Shown piece by piece: positions 10,781 to 21,652 of a stretch of 64,000 bases of DNA (positions are counted from its first letter, which is position 1; the number at the start of each line of letters is the position of its first letter). The DNA lies in the NCBI GenBank assembly GCA_051294905.1, contig CM119372.1, forward strand, positions 25,918,001 through 25,982,000. The letters run 5' to 3'. This stretch comes from Botryllus schlosseri. Its lineage: Eukaryota. The notes beneath the pieces are model-generated. The model was given only the letters and a program-made list of their open reading frames with translations, was not told where the DNA came from and searched no databases. A program made the position numbers and the translations under genes.

Positions 10781-12145
10781 ATGGAAGTATCGTCGTCCAG
10801 TAAGCGTAAACTGGCGCACGTTGCTACGGATTCACTAGCCAGTGATAGCGACAGCGATGGACGTGCAACTCATGCTAAAGTGTCAGCTAAGGACTTTGCC
10901 AGTCAGCCGTCGACGCAGCCTTCTACTCTTCAATCCAAGTCTACGAAGTTACTCAATGATGGAAACGCCGAACATAGCATAAGCAGCGGAATGAAAGTCG
11001 TTGTATCGGGTGAGGATGTTTCAATGAAACGTCTTCACCCGACTGTAGTCCATAGAGCCCTCTTTGCGATACTTGGCGAATACGACGGGCCTCGTCCTCT
11101 AAAATCGGGGGACCTCCTCGTAACTTGCAAAACTCAGAAGCAAGTTAAAGCGCTTCTACAGTGCAACTGCCTGACCGATAAAGTCTCGGGAAAGTCAATT
11201 CAAATGAAAACCTCTCTGTATCATGATAGGTCTTACACTGCCAGAGCGGTTATTTCTGGTGTCCCACTCGACATTCCAGACTCAGAACTCCTCGAAAACT
11301 TTGGTGAATTTGGTGTCTCTTCCGTCAAGCGCCTTAAGAAAAGAGCTGCTAAGGGCTACGAATTGTGTTCATCAGTTCTCCTGTGCTTCCGCTGCGATAA
11401 GGTACCTGAAAGTGTCACCTTCTCTTACCTTCGGTTCCGGACAAAACCCTATAACTCACCGCCGCTAAGATGCCATCGCTGTAACAGGTATGGCCACCAT
11501 AAAGATTCTTGCAGAGGTAAAGCATGTTGTAGCTTATGTGGCAGCTCTGAGCATGAGCACTCATCCTGCACCAAAGACAAATTCTGTGTAAACTGTAAAA
11601 AGCCACATAGTGCTGCCTACGGTGGCTGCAAAGTGTACAAAACCGAAGCAAAACTTCAGATAATCAAAGAGCGCACCAAAGTCAGCTATACAGAAGCGAA
11701 ACAAATTCTTAGTTCTAGTCTCATAAACACCACCTTGCTTCCTGAACAGCCCAGCAGGTCTTTTAGTCAAGTGCTTCGTGAATCAATTGACGAACGTTCC
11801 CGTGAATCTGTGAAAACTCCGAAACATCGTCCCTCGAAAGCTCCGATTCATTCCGCCCGTAGTCAAAAGTACATCTCCACTCCTGCTCCAAACGATGGTG
11901 ATTTGCGGCACTTGAACCAAACGCAAGAGAAGGAAGTTTCTTCAAATAATGTGATGTCTTCATCTTTGCTACCTTCTAACACAAGTCATTCTGACCTTCC
12001 CCAGTTATTGAGTCTACTCGTGCAGATTGTACAATTCACCATGGAGGCATTCAAATCTGGTGAAAGTAATGCCCTTGAAATAGTATCAAAAGCATGTCTA
12101 GAGCTTGGCCTCAGTGCTCCAGTACCCAATCATAATGGCCGCTAA
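10781..12145 (+). CDS. LINE ORF1 gag-like nucleic-acid-binding protein with three zinc knuckles
   Basis: Uninterrupted 454-aa ORF from ATG 10781. It has LKSGDLLV and VISGVP motifs typical of I/Jockey-group ORF1, and knuckles CHRCNRYGHHKDSC, CSLCGSSEHEHSSC, CVNCKKPHSAAYGGC. Confidence 0.92.
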   Translation: MEVSSSSKRKLAHVATDSLASDSDSDGRATHAKVSAKDFASQPSTQPSTLQSKSTKLLNDGNAEHSISSGMKVVVSGEDVSMKRLHPTVVHRALFAILGEYDGPRPLKSGDLLVTCKTQKQVKALLQCNCLTDKVSGKSIQMKTSLYHDRSYTARAVISGVPLDIPDSELLENFGEFGVSSVKRLKKRAAKGYELCSSVLLCFRCDKVPESVTFSYLRFRTKPYNSPPLRCHRCNRYGHHKDSCRGKACCSLCGSSEHEHSSCTKDKFCVNCKKPHSAAYGGCKVYKTEAKLQIIKERTKVSYTEAKQILSSSLINTTLLPEQPSRSFSQVLRESIDERSRESVKTPKHRPSKAPIHSARSQKYISTPAPNDGDLRHLNQTQEKEVSSNNVMSSSLLPSNTSHSDLPQLLSLLVQIVQFTMEAFKSGESNALEIVSKACLELGLSAPVPNHNGR

Positions 12146-15100
12146 CGCCCTCCACTTTTTGCAGTGGAACTGCCGGGGAATTTACCGAAAGTTACCCGAA
12201 TTGAAACAATTCATTAACAACCTCCCTCCTCCGCCTGACGTCATCCTACTGCAGGAGACCCATCTTATTGAAAAGTACACCCCCCATATACCCGGGTTCA
12301 GGACCTTCCGCAAAGACAAAACACTCCATTCGGGTGGACTTGCCATATTCGTTCGAGAAACACACTCTCCTGCGGATGTTCATGTCGTATCGCCGTCTTG
12401 CATTGAAGTCATGTGTGTATCTATCGGGCATCTTCGTATATGCAATGTTTATGTAAGTCCAAACACTATCCTGGAAGAGGACGCCTTCGTCTTCCTGGAT
12501 TCAATGTCCTCCCAGTCGATCATATTTGGGGATTTTAATGCGCACCACCTATCTTGGGGAAGCAGTAGCAACAGAAGGGGGCACCTCCTTTTAGGGGCTA
12601 TCGATAGGAATCACATGGTGATGCTGAATAGCAACACTCCTACCCGATTGAATATCGCAGCTAATGCAATTAATCGTTATTCGCTCATCGACCTCACTAT
12701 AGCATCTGCTGACATATCGTCGAGGTGCTGTTTAGAGGTCTTGGATACGTTGTTAGGAAGCGACCATTTCATTATATCGACTACTTATAACAACCGTGTT
12801 CCGATGTCAGATACCAGACAGTTCTCTTGGAATTACCGCAAAGCGGATTGGATGGCATTCAGCAAAGTCGTCGAGAGAAACTTGGACTCCCATGGTTGTA
12901 CTGATGTCGATGCCCTTAACGATCGTCTTTCGGCATGCGTTATCAGTGCGGCTCACAAGCACATCCCGAGGAAACGTCCGTCACATCATCGTAAGCCATC
13001 AGTGCCTTGGTGGAATAATTCGTGCGAAAGAGCTGTCAGACGTAAGAAAGCGGCATTCTTAAAAATGAAAAGGAGTTTTATCTTGGCCGACATCATCGAG
13101 TTCAAACGACTAAGGTCGGAATGTCGCAAAACTATCCTAGTATCCAAAAAAGAGAGCTGGCAAGAGTTCTGCTCTAGTCTCAACGATAAGAGCAATTACT
13201 CAAAAGTCTGGAAAGTTGTTCGCTCATTCTCAGGAGTTAGAACATATCAGCCCATACCACCAATCATAGTCAATGGCGATGCAATATGCGGTGACAAAGC
13301 AAAAGCCAATGCATTAGCTGCACGCTTTCAGTCGGTCAGTAGTGATTGCAATTACCCTGCCGAATTTCAAGCAAGGAAAAATGCCTTCGAGTACAATGCA
13401 AACTCTTGCACCTCTAGCTCGCCACCGAGTTGCGACGCCATTAACCACGCTTTTTCAATGGCTGAGTTGAATGCAGCTATATCTTCGCGGAAAAATTCTA
13501 GTCCCGGTCAGGACGAGATAGGTTATCCGATGCTGAAGCATTTATCAGAGAAGAGTCTGACCTATATTCTCTACATGATAAACACCTCCTGGAGTTATGG
13601 ATTACTTCCTGAAAAATGGAAGCGCTCAGTCATCGTACCAATTCCAAAAAAGGACAAAAATCCTTCCCTCGCAAAATCCTATCGGCCCATCTCCCTTACT
13701 AGCCATGTTTGCAAGATTATGGAGGTCATGGTAACTAAGCGCTTAAGATGGTACCTCGAATCAAATGGTCTCATCAACGATGAACAATCTGGTTTCCGTC
13801 ATGAGCGCAGTACGCTTGACAATATTCTTCGGTTACACGACGATGTCTATAAAGGTATTAATAATCGGTATTCTGTAATTGCAGTATTCTTGGACATACA
13901 GTCCGCTTACGATATGGTCTGGAGAAAAGGTCTCGTCTTCAAATTGACGAAGCATGGGGTCAAAGGTCAAATGCTAGACTGGATCAAAAACTTTTTGTCA
14001 ACACGTTCTTTCCAAGTTCGTGTTGGTAATAACTTGTCTAACGTACACTATCTGGAAAATGGCCTTCCACAAGGCAGTGTCATAAGCCCGCTCCTTTTTG
14101 CGGTGATGGTTTCTGATATTCCATCAACGGCCGATTGCTCCCACGCACTATTTGCTGATGATCTTCTAATCTGGGACAGTTCTTTGTCGGTGTCGAATCT
14201 TGTCCACACAGTACAAAGTTCATTGAACGACTTGCAGCATTGGTGTAATCAGTGGGGCCTGATAATATCCAAGGAAAAAACTGTCGCGATGCACTTTACA
14301 CGTAAGCGCAACATCCCCCCCATCTCGCTACATCTGGATGGGTCGGAAATTCCATTTGTGGAAACTTTCAAATACCTTGGTATTGTTTTTGACCGAAGAC
14401 TCTCATACAAACCTCACATAGAATATATCTCGTCCAAGTGTTGTAAGAGGCTCAACTTACTGCGAGTTTTGAGTGGCACGAGCTGGGGAGCCAGCAAGGG
14501 CACCCTCTTGTGCGTCTACCGTGCACTCATAAGATCTATTATGGACTATGGGTTGCCCGCATACTTCTCTGCGCCTGCCACCCATCTCAAGAAGATTCGA
14601 TCAATCCAGTATAAGGCCCTTCGGATCTGTACCAATGCAATGACTAGTACCCCGATATGTGTGATCCAGGCCGAATGTCACGAGATGCCTTTCCATCTTC
14701 GACACCTTCTTATCTCGATGCACTATCGATGTCACCTTTTAAATCAAGAGCCTGGAAATCAATTCGTTCAACATCTCATTCAAGACAGCTGGCACGAGAT
14801 CTACAGTATGACGAGACCGAACTTTCGAACGTTCAATACGCTCACGAAATCGTCGCTATTTGACGGCGTTATATTGGACAATTACCACTTTCCATCTATT
14901 CCACCCTGGTTTCTGCCCCAGCCACATGTTGACCTCTCACTTTTGCACGAGTCATCGTCCCGCGATGTCTCCGGATCTTTCGACCAGATTTGTTCGAGTC
15001 ATGTTGCCGATCACTATGCCGGATACACTCTGATTTACACTGATGGGTCTAAATCAAGCGTTGGAGGAGGAGCTGCTTTTTATATTCCGTCACTCGCAGT

Positions 15101-15878
15101 ATCGGAAGTTCATCATTGCCATAGCGAGCAATCTGTTTTTTCCACGGAACTGATCGCAATCCAACGGGCTGTTAACTGGATCTCCAGAATTTCCCTGACG
15201 ACGGATAAGTTCCTGATCATGTCCGATTGCTCCAGTGCTGTACTATGCATTCGCAACTCTAATTTACAGCCCCACTGCAGACTGGTTGAGAAAATTCTCT
15301 CATCTCTTCTCGAATTACGACAGCGAAATATCGATGTGGCATTTTTGTGGATTCCAGGGCACGCCGGGATCAGCGGAAACGAGGAAGCCGACCGGCTAGC
15401 GAAAACGGCATCCAACTATTCAGCCAATATCGGTCAGCAATTACCGATACTATCAAAACTCGAGGTGCGGAAGATCATCCAGCGGCATTGTCTGGCTTTA
15501 TGGGACGAAGAATATCAAGCATCCGAAAACGGACATCAGTATAAAATTTTTAATCCATCCATTGCGAACAAACCGCCGGCACGTAGAAACCGCGTAGAAG
15601 AAAGCATCCTGTTTCGTCTCCAGTCCGGCCACTGTCGTCTGAATAACCATTTGTTTAGGATAGGTTTAGTGGAATCTCCTCTTTGCTCTCTTTGTCGCTA
15701 TCCTGAAACCACTGAACATTTTTTGATCCACTGCTCAAAATATGATTTCCATCGTACTTTTCTCATTGCTAAATGTGCTGAATTGAATGTTGATTTCCGC
15801 CTTGAAATTATCCTCATGGAGGTTCGAATCATCCCTTTTACAATTGAGTTTGTGTTATCCTGCAACCGTAATTTGTGA
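12135..15878 (+). CDS. LINE ORF2: AP endonuclease + reverse transcriptase + RNase H + C-terminal CCHC finger
   Basis: Open ORF; the first ATG at 12135 overlaps the end of ORF1 by 11 nt. APE motifs QWNCRG, QETHL, GDFNAHH, GSDHF; RT motifs SYRPISLTS, QSGFR, FLDIQSAYD, GLPQGSVISPLLF, FADD, KYLG; RNase H motifs IYTDGS, TEL, SDC, WIPGH..GNEEADRLAK; C-terminal CSLC..ETTEHFLIHC. Confidence 0.96.
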   Translation: MAANALHFLQWNCRGIYRKLPELKQFINNLPPPPDVILLQETHLIEKYTPHIPGFRTFRKDKTLHSGGLAIFVRETHSPADVHVVSPSCIEVMCVSIGHLRICNVYVSPNTILEEDAFVFLDSMSSQSIIFGDFNAHHLSWGSSSNRRGHLLLGAIDRNHMVMLNSNTPTRLNIAANAINRYSLIDLTIASADISSRCCLEVLDTLLGSDHFIISTTYNNRVPMSDTRQFSWNYRKADWMAFSKVVERNLDSHGCTDVDALNDRLSACVISAAHKHIPRKRPSHHRKPSVPWWNNSCERAVRRKKAAFLKMKRSFILADIIEFKRLRSECRKTILVSKKESWQEFCSSLNDKSNYSKVWKVVRSFSGVRTYQPIPPIIVNGDAICGDKAKANALAARFQSVSSDCNYPAEFQARKNAFEYNANSCTSSSPPSCDAINHAFSMAELNAAISSRKNSSPGQDEIGYPMLKHLSEKSLTYILYMINTSWSYGLLPEKWKRSVIVPIPKKDKNPSLAKSYRPISLTSHVCKIMEVMVTKRLRWYLESNGLINDEQSGFRHERSTLDNILRLHDDVYKGINNRYSVIAVFLDIQSAYDMVWRKGLVFKLTKHGVKGQMLDWIKNFLSTRSFQVRVGNNLSNVHYLENGLPQGSVISPLLFAVMVSDIPSTADCSHALFADDLLIWDSSLSVSNLVHTVQSSLNDLQHWCNQWGLIISKEKTVAMHFTRKRNIPPISLHLDGSEIPFVETFKYLGIVFDRRLSYKPHIEYISSKCCKRLNLLRVLSGTSWGASKGTLLCVYRALIRSIMDYGLPAYFSAPATHLKKIRSIQYKALRICTNAMTSTPICVIQAECHEMPFHLRHLLISMHYRCHLLNQEPGNQFVQHLIQDSWHEIYSMTRPNFRTFNTLTKSSLFDGVILDNYHFPSIPPWFLPQPHVDLSLLHESSSRDVSGSFDQICSSHVADHYAGYTLIYTDGSKSSVGGGAAFYIPSLAVSEVHHCHSEQSVFSTELIAIQRAVNWISRISLTTDKFLIMSDCSSAVLCIRNSNLQPHCRLVEKILSSLLELRQRNIDVAFLWIPGHAGISGNEEADRLAKTASNYSANIGQQLPILSKLEVRKIIQRHCLALWDEEYQASENGHQYKIFNPSIANKPPARRNRVEESILFRLQSGHCRLNNHLFRIGLVESPLCSLCRYPETTEHFLIHCSKYDFHRTFLIAKCAELNVDFRLEIILMEVRIIPFTIEFVLSCNRNL

Positions 15879-16112
15879 ATAGCCGTGAACGTGTCCTTTT
15901 CAACTGCTCTGTGAATTCCCTTTTCTCGCCTGGATATTCTTTGGTATATGTATCAATGAAATGCTGTTTTTTTTATGTCTATCCAATACGTACTCCATCG
16001 TGAACTGATTTTCATTTATTACGCAATTCTTGGTCGTGGTGCAAAAGACCAACAGGTGATAAGCGCCAAATCTTTCTTTTTAATAAACAACAACAACAAC
16101 ATTCTGACTGCA

Positions 16113-18832
16113 AAGAGGTCGTGCTGGGAAGAGTTTTGCGATTCTATTAACCGAAAAACGGACTTCCGCAAGGTGTGGAAAATTGTGGCATCGATGTCTG
16201 GGGCCTCCGCACCTCGCACAATACCGATACTCAATGTCAACAACACTATATTGAAGGCCGATCGACCCAAAACCGAAGCCCTCTCGGCGGCTTTCTGTAA
16301 AGTTAGTAGTAACGCGAATTACCCAGTGACCTTCATGCAGTCTAGAAATGAAATCGAAAGAATTCAAATGTCCACCGCAAGTTCAAATCGTATTGCAGGT
16401 GAATTGAACATACCCTTCAGTATGTCAGAGTAGGAATGCGCAATACGCTCCCGGAAAGACACGTCTCCAGGGGGCGATTCAATCTGTTATGCAATGTTGA
16501 AACATCTATCCGGCAACTCGCTGCAGCATCTACTACGCCTGCATCCTGGAACAGCGGAGAAATTCCCGCCGACTGGAAGCATTCTATTGTAATCCCGATT
16601 CTCAAGCAAGGCAAAGATGGCACCGATCCCAAGTCATATCGACCAATTTCTCTTACGAGTCATCTCTGCAAAGTGATGGAGGTTATGGTCGCAAATAGAA
16701 TACGCTGGCACTTGGAGGCCAACAATTTGCTGCATCCCTCTCAGTCAGGATTCCGAAAGGGGAGATGTACTCTAGACCACGCCATACGACTCCATGATTC
16801 GATATACAAGTCTATCAATAACCAACGCTCAACGATAGCCGTAGTTCTCGATATTGAACGCGCTTACGACATGGTTTGACGAAAAGGTTTACTGTTGAAG
16901 CTATCTCGGCTTGGTATTGGTGATAAAGCGCTCTTCTGGATCCAGAATTTCCTAACAAATCGAACCTACCAAGTCCGTGTCGGGAATACGCTGTCCGATG
17001 TAAAGAGCCTCGATAACGGAATCCCCCAAGGAAGCGTTTTGAGTCCGTTGCTTTTCACCGTGATGTTAAACGATATGCCCCTAGATGTTCGAAGCAGCGT
17101 TGGCATTTACGCTGATGACTGTGCCACATGGGAGAGCGGGCTTGGTATACCCACGATCGTTTCGTCAATTCAGAGGTCTCTAGACTCGGTGCAGGAATGG
17201 TGTAGTAGCTGGGGATTCGTCCTCTCAAAAACGAAGTCTGTGGCAATGCTCTTCACCAGGAAAAGAAAGATTCCCGATGTGTACTTGCACATTGACGGAA
17301 ATCGAATCACCCTTGTTGACAACTTCAAGTATCTTGGTATTACTTTTGATAAGTTGTTGACGTATAAAACACACATTGACAACGTCGCGAAAAAATGCTC
17401 CAGAAGAATGGGATTACTTCGTGTCGTCACAAACACCGCATGGGGTGCTAATAAACACGCACTCCTACAGTTATACAGATCTCTTATCAGATCCGTCATC
17501 GACTATGGTATGCCAGCATACTTTTTCACATCAAAGTATAACACTCACAAATTAGGGCTCATACAGAACCTAGCCTTACGTTTGTGTTGCGGAGCAATGC
17601 GGAGTACACCCATATGTGCTTTGCAAGCCGCATGTAACGAGCCGCCTCTCCACATTCTTCGCAAATATTTGTGTATGAATTATCGGTGCCACTTGCTTGG
17701 TCAGGAATACAACCAACACCCATCAACTGAACTACTAACTGATACATGGCATGAAATTTACTCCTTGATAAGACCAAACTTCAAGACGTTCAATACCCTG
17801 TCAAAAGCCCCTATTCTGGAACGGTTGGTGGTGGAAAAAGAACGAATTCAGTGCGTGGCACCCTGGACAGTTCCACCCCCCACGGTCGACAGATCATTAC
17901 TTAGGCTTATACGAAAGGGGGACTCGCCGATCTCAGTGAAATCGTGTTTCAGAGATTACCTTTTCGAGTGCCACGACCAAGCCGTCGAGATCTACACAGA
18001 TGGTTCTAAGACGGATACAGCAACGGCTTTCGCGATTTACATACCATCCCAGTCAGTCCGACTTAGCCAGATCTGCCCGAGTTTATTTTCCGTTTTCCAA
18101 GTGCAGATGCTAGCTATCGCTAATGCCCTATTGTGGATAATCAATCATGGCAGACGAACCGATAAATATGTTATTCTGACAGATTGTCTTAGTGTTCTGA
18201 ACACAATCACCACCCCGAACCGCATACCGAGCAGAACTTTCAATAAGATTTTTCCTCTCTTCCTGCAGATGGTAGGGATGGGGATTGACGTTGCCTTCTC
18301 CTGGGTTCCAGGACATAGTGGCATTCCCGGCAATGACGTTGCAGATGAACTTGCACGTTCCACCGCCTCTTTCGCATTTGACAGTCAGGGAATACCTCAA
18401 ATTACCTATAGAGATGTCAAGAACGAAGTACGCAAATACGTCCGGACTGAGTGGCAGACCGAGTACCGTTCAACAGAGACGGGAAACCACTACAAACGTT
18501 TCCACCAAACGGTACAAACAACGTTTCCATCGATGCACAGATCGCGTTTGTATGAAACGATAATATTCCGTCTCCGGTCCGGCCATTGTCGCCTAAAAGG
18601 GCATTTATTTAAAATAGGCTGCATCGACACGCCCTTGTGTGACTTATGCCTCGTACCGGAGAATGTGGATCACTTCCTCCTCGTATGCCCAAAATACGAT
18701 TGGCACCGAGTATACTTGATTGATTTCTGCTTGAACTTGAAAGTTGAGTTCACTACATATAACCTTCTCGTACGACCAGAACTTCTCTCGCCTCTCGTCG
18801 AGTTCGTCCTGGCCAGCAATGTTTTGATTTGA
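16113..18832 (+). pseudogene. Outer LINE ORF2 3' part: RT + RNase H + CCHC, with stops and frameshifts
   Basis: It resumes KRSCWEEFC in frame with the part before the insertion. Premature stops at 16431-16433 and 16877-16879 and a frameshift/deletion near 16545. Motifs YADD, IYTDGS, WVPGH, CDLC..ENVDHFLLVC. Confidence 0.92.
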
Positions 18833-19607
18833 ACAAATTTTCTTCAAGGTACACGATTTGCGACAGGTAATACGACATTTCTGTCGTGGCGCACCAGACC
18901 GATAAGGTGACAAGCGCCACAATGTCCCTTTTTCAAAATTAATAATAATAATAATGCGGCATCTTCTTATCTGTTCATTACATTGCATTGTGTCTTATCG
19001 CATTTTGTGTGTATTGATCTGATGAAATATAATCTGACGATTATTTCTACTGGATCAATGACCCTTTCTACCGGATTGCCATTTTTTGCGATGCCCACTT
19101 TCGTTTCATTCCTTGATTGTCAAGACATCGCTTATGGCGGTAGGAAAAAAACGAGGAGCCATATCAGTGTTGGGATGACTGGATTCACAGTTTCACTTGA
19201 CCCGAGTCACATTGAAAAATAACTTGATTTGTCTAAACCGGGTGAAAATCGGCATTAACTGACTCGTAACTCGAATGGAAAGCGTACGCATTTCAACAAT
19301 AGTTAAAGAAGCCCTGAATTTGCGTTTATGCTGTTTAGAGTAGCAGAAATCAACGTATTGCAGTGGTTTACTGACCGCTAATTTGCCAGCCGTCCCTCGG
19401 GAACTCCAAAATTTACCATATTACACATCTAACTACACACCTAATGCATGATTATGGATAACTGGTGCATCAATGAACTGTGCGTCAACAGAGTGTTAAA
19501 ATAACAAAAACAATTAACATATTATTTTAACACAAAACGAGAACGTTATCATAATTATTTATCGCAAATCGGCGTGAATTCTTCTATTCCCATTCTATTA
19601 GTTAAGG

Positions 19608-20311
19608 CAGGGCCGGCCAACCCGTGGCCCGCGAGAAGGTTTTGAGTGGCCCGCGAGGTAATTTTCGAAATTAGCCATATTATCAAAAATGGATTGCACA
19701 GATTGTGAACTTGCAAAGCCAACCAAAAATTTGATTAGTCTGGCCGCAACACTTGAGAGGTGATGACTAAAATATCAGTTCCGACGCATTGGCAGATTTC
19801 ATGAGCCAGTCACATTTTGGTAGATATTCGTACAGTTCAATAAAGCTGAATAATATGCGATGGATTTATCAAAAGTAAAAATTTTCTATACGCTCCGCGC
19901 AACATGTTGTCACTCGATTTCTTGCTCATAATATTGTTACCCCTTTGTGAAAATGAAAGAACGCCTAATGTATCAGATTAAGTCTAACTATATTCGCGAT
20001 TACGAGACAAAGTGTCGTTCAACATATGCGACTTTGTGTTTGCTCTCACAGAAAGACCGTCGACTATGAAACATATATAGGCACAAAATGATTGACTCGT
20101 GTTGGTCGAAGCTTTCGATATCAATGTGTCCAGGCGCCGAGTGGTCCAGTCCTTGCGGGCTGAGCCCAGCAATATACAGCAGGCCCGCAATATAATCAAG
20201 TGACAATATTATTGACCTATGAACTTCGAAAAAGTTTCGCGTGGCTAGTGGCCCGCGCAATATTTTGTCAATCGAATGTGGCCCTTTGGCCGAAAAGGTT
20301 GGCCACCACTG
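19608..20311. mobile_element. hAT (Buster-type) MITE
   Basis: CAGGGCCGGCCAACC...GGTTGGCCACCACTG; TSD AGTTAAGG (19600-19607 / 20312-20319); GGCCCGCG subterminal repeats. Confidence 0.88.
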
Positions 20312-20744
20312 AGTTAAGGAGTATAGAGGTACGAGTAGAAGAGTTCTCATCGAAGCAGCCCAAATGTACTTCAGGTAGAAGTAGGATTTGCTGTCTTTGA
20401 AATCTTCTCAAGTAAGTAAGTCAGTATATTTGAAAAGCGGTGATAAATACGCTCTCATGGACTGTCCAAACCTGGAGACTGCAGTCATATGCGTCATATG
20501 TGTTTTTACATTCATGCATGATGTAGCCTACTTATTGTCAACAGCATAAGGCTTCGAACGCATCAGTGATACCAATCATAGGTCTGAAAGAAAGGACGGG
20601 AACCACAGCAACTAGCTACATATTGTAGAATTGGCATTTCAGAATGACGGAGTCTCGATTTGGAATCCGGACCACCCGTGGGTACGCAACTGCACACGAC
20701 TTATTATACAACATCAGTCACAATTCGACTAAATTACCTGGTAG

Positions 20745-21110
20745 TAGGCTTACCATATTTTGGAAATCTAAAAAGAGGACAGTTTTTCAGAAATTTGAGA
20801 CTTGCAAATCCGCAGAAGAATTCTCAAAAACCGGTGAATTTTTCCCACTTTGTGATCGGTTGAGTAAAAAAAGGTCATTTTTTCGCCCAGAGCTAAAAAC
20901 ACCGTTTTTCACTCTGAAATAACCGCCGGAGCGTCTCTTCTGGGCTAATTTACGGCATATCACTCGCAATTTGCTCTAAATCTGACCTAAATCTTCAAAA
21001 AAGAGGACAAAATCTCAAAAAAGAGGACAAAAGGGCGTCCTCCTAGGACACTTTCAAAAAAGTCAAAAAAAGAGGACAAATCCTCTTAAAAGAGGACGTA
21101 TGGTACCCTA
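20745..21110. mobile_element. hAT MITE family D copy 2 (inverted relative to copy 1)
   Basis: TSD CCTGGTAG (20737-20744 / 21111-21118); reverse complement of 4816-5219. Confidence 0.9.
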
Positions 21111-21652
21111 CCTGGTAGTCAATGAAGTCCAAGAAGACGGCCGTGTCACCACGACTGACATGTCCGAGTTGAGTGTAGGCTATATCTTGATCTCTATAGC
21201 GAAACCCGCGACTGGATCAGGGAACCCCAGTAACGAACCACTGATCTAATATAGCGATGTATTTCTGTTCCACGTGTAGACTGCTCCTTGCTCAGTAGAC
21301 ACTTTAACGAACCTCATGTCTGATTAAAATCGAACAAATGTGCTTTGTATTACTTTTACACTTATATTATCTAATCAGAAATTGGTGTAGGGTTCTATTG
21401 GTTCCAGGACTACTACCGCACCCCTAATCCCCTAATTGGGGGCGGGGGAGAGCTCGAAGGGAGCCCAAAGTTATTTCGTGATTACCAAAAATCATATAGT
21501 ATTTATTCGGAAATGCATGCCAGATTTTCAAAACATAGTTTAGCGCTACGCGCGATTTGAAGCTGGCAAATGTCTTGATTATTGGGTAATGGGTACCCTT
21601 CCCACAACAAAAAATACGCATGATACGAACTAATACATTTGAAATTATAGAC

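Larger units (their letters stand above)
10670..16099 (+). mobile_element. Full-length, apparently intact I-group (I/Nimb-like) non-LTR retrotransposon
   Basis: TSD CATTCTGACTGCA (10657-10669 / 16100-16112); 111-nt 5'UTR starting CACATTCTG; two open ORFs; 3'UTR with AATAAA and an (AAC)n tail. Confidence 0.95.
9658..18953 (+). mobile_element. 5'-truncated, decayed I-group (RNase H-containing) non-LTR retrotransposon, interrupted by a second LINE
   Basis: 9-bp TSD ATGCGGCAT (9649-9657 / 18954-18962); (TAA)n tail at about 18940-18953; APE-RT-RNase H-CCHC coding pieces; no ORF1. Confidence 0.9.
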
